Assembly: GCF_006345805.1 (NCBI RefSeq)
Contig: NW_021828911.1
Location: 1 to 7,305 of the forward strand
Length of the DNA stretch: 7,305 bases
Direction of reading: 5' to 3'
Source: Octopus sinensis
Lineage: Eukaryota
A program made the position numbers and the translations under genes. Below the pieces are notes generated by a model. That model ran no database searches. It was not told the DNA's origin and was given only the letters and a program-made list of their open reading frames with translations. Shown here one piece after another: positions 6,013-7,305 of the stretch (the stretch's first letter is position 1; every line of letters starts with the position of its first letter).

Positions 6013-6160
6013 AGCCTCCACCCATTAGAATTGTTGACCTGAAAGTCTGTAATAAGCCGGCCTACCGTTCAGGGAAATGTTAAGATATTGGTCATTTATA
6101 CGCCTTGGAAACCGGACAACCGATCTTAAGAGTCCTTGTGCTCCAGAGAAAGAAATAATA

Positions 6161-6169
6161 CATACACAA

Positions 6170-6206
<37 letters not shown>

Positions 6207-6290
6207 CACACACTTACATAAATATACACACACAAATACACACACACATGCTTGTATATATGTATATATATATATATACACATATAGATA
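6161..6290. repeat. Compound (CA)n/(TA)n microsatellite
   Basis: Directly visible. Source of the ORFs at 6077-6334 and 6092-6301. Confidence 0.95.
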
Positions 6291-6400
6291 GTCATGCTCA
6301 AATCTACATGTTAATGTGCATTAATCAATATTAATCCATCAACGGCTCAGACTAGATAACTTCTCCTTTGCACATGCTCAGTCAAACACACACACGTAAG

Positions 6401-6432
<32 letters not shown>

Positions 6433-6440
6433 CAATTCTG

Positions 6441-6506
<66 letters not shown>

Positions 6507-6519
6507 AATCTATCTATCA

Positions 6520-6568
<49 letters not shown>

Positions 6569-6615
6569 CTATCTATCTATCTATCTATCTAGCTGTCTGT
6601 CTGTCTGTCTGTCTC

Positions 6616-6665
<50 letters not shown>
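6401..6665. repeat. (TATC)n tetranucleotide array with an embedded (TGTC)n block (GATA/GACA-type repeat)
   Basis: About 260 bp of TATC with occasional TCAA variants and a (TGTC) run at about 6594-6613. Explains the (YLSI)n ORF. Confidence 0.97.
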
Positions 6666-7305
6666 AACATTTATTCAACCAAATTAATTAGTCATACAAC
6701 GCAAATACCTGCTTAGTTATAGTAACGGGTCTCTTGAAGTTCGTGAAAAAATACTCAACTAGGTGAAATTCCTTCGTTGTAGGAGAAAGAGGAAAATAAC
6801 TGAACATACTATGTGTGATACCTAAAAAAGTAAAACATTAGAGAGAACTTAAAAAAAAGAAATGAAAAATTACTTCGCAAAATTTATTTATATAAGAATT
6901 TTGTTTGCAGGCAAGGAAAATGTTCCCTGACCTCATCAGCCAAGCAAATTTCACTCGAGCCTAACTTGGCCAAATGGAAAAGGGTTTTATATATAGATAT
7001 GTATTTGAAAAGTGTTTTAGCCAGCAACAATTTGTAAAATATTAAAAACATAGAATAATAATAAAACGAGCTAAAGGGAAATAATTAGGAGTTTGATTTC
7101 CAATTTATAAAATTTTTCTCACGTGGCACATCTAATTTTTCTTCGTAATTCCTATTCGTCTAATAGCACCCATTCAATAAATAAATTCAATATAATAAAA
7201 TTTAGGGGTTATAGAGGGTCAAAGTTGGAAACGAAAACGGGACAGTGGAGACATAGAAGAAAACCGAACGAAAACAAACTTGGAGGGTCGTTAGCCCAGA
7301 ACGAG

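Noticed and set aside
6066-6134. 69-nt minus-strand micro-exon (GLLRSVVRFPRRINDQYLNISLNG) with donor G|GTAGGC
   Set aside because: The acceptor is a weak AAG separated from the pyrimidine tract, and the peptide is unrecognised.
6368-6592. (YLSI)n ORF
   Set aside because: Translation of (TATC)n.
6772-6781. GGTGAAATTC, a motif found in SSU rRNA
   Set aside because: Only about 10 nt match, and the flanks have no rRNA similarity.
6905-6945. Minus-strand CTGATGAG as a hammerhead core
   Set aside because: No GAAA after a stem II and no matching stem I/III around a cleavage triplet.

Overview
Eukaryotic, repeat-dense, essentially non-coding DNA (intronic or intergenic). No protein-coding gene, tRNA, rRNA or CRISPR array can be confidently called, and almost all listed ORFs are microsatellite artefacts. 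The SINE types and microsatellite density look like an octopod cephalopod (Octopus-like) genome; this is my recognition, not a database result. Contents: (1) a tRNA-derived SINE ('family A', 312-760) with an internal (TA)/(TG) microsatellite. (2) A second tRNA-derived SINE ('family B') in four forms: a ~980-bp concatemer (1620-2601) containing three head-to-tail ~184-bp headless monomers, a minus-strand copy with a target-site duplication (3057-3507), a full-length plus-strand copy nested antisense inside it (3143-3371), and an old decayed copy (~5881-6012). (3) A decayed ~50-bp dispersed motif. (4) Large compound microsatellites, including a (GAT)n array with higher-order units whose Asp frame is open for 186 codons. 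The most interesting signals are the SINE-B concatemer, whose rearrangement junctions map to hairpin loops (possible circular-RNA or template-switch amplification); the nested inverted SINEs, which can form alternative long dsRNA helices; and a polypyrimidine-AG|GTAAG motif at 217-235 resembling a recursive splice site.
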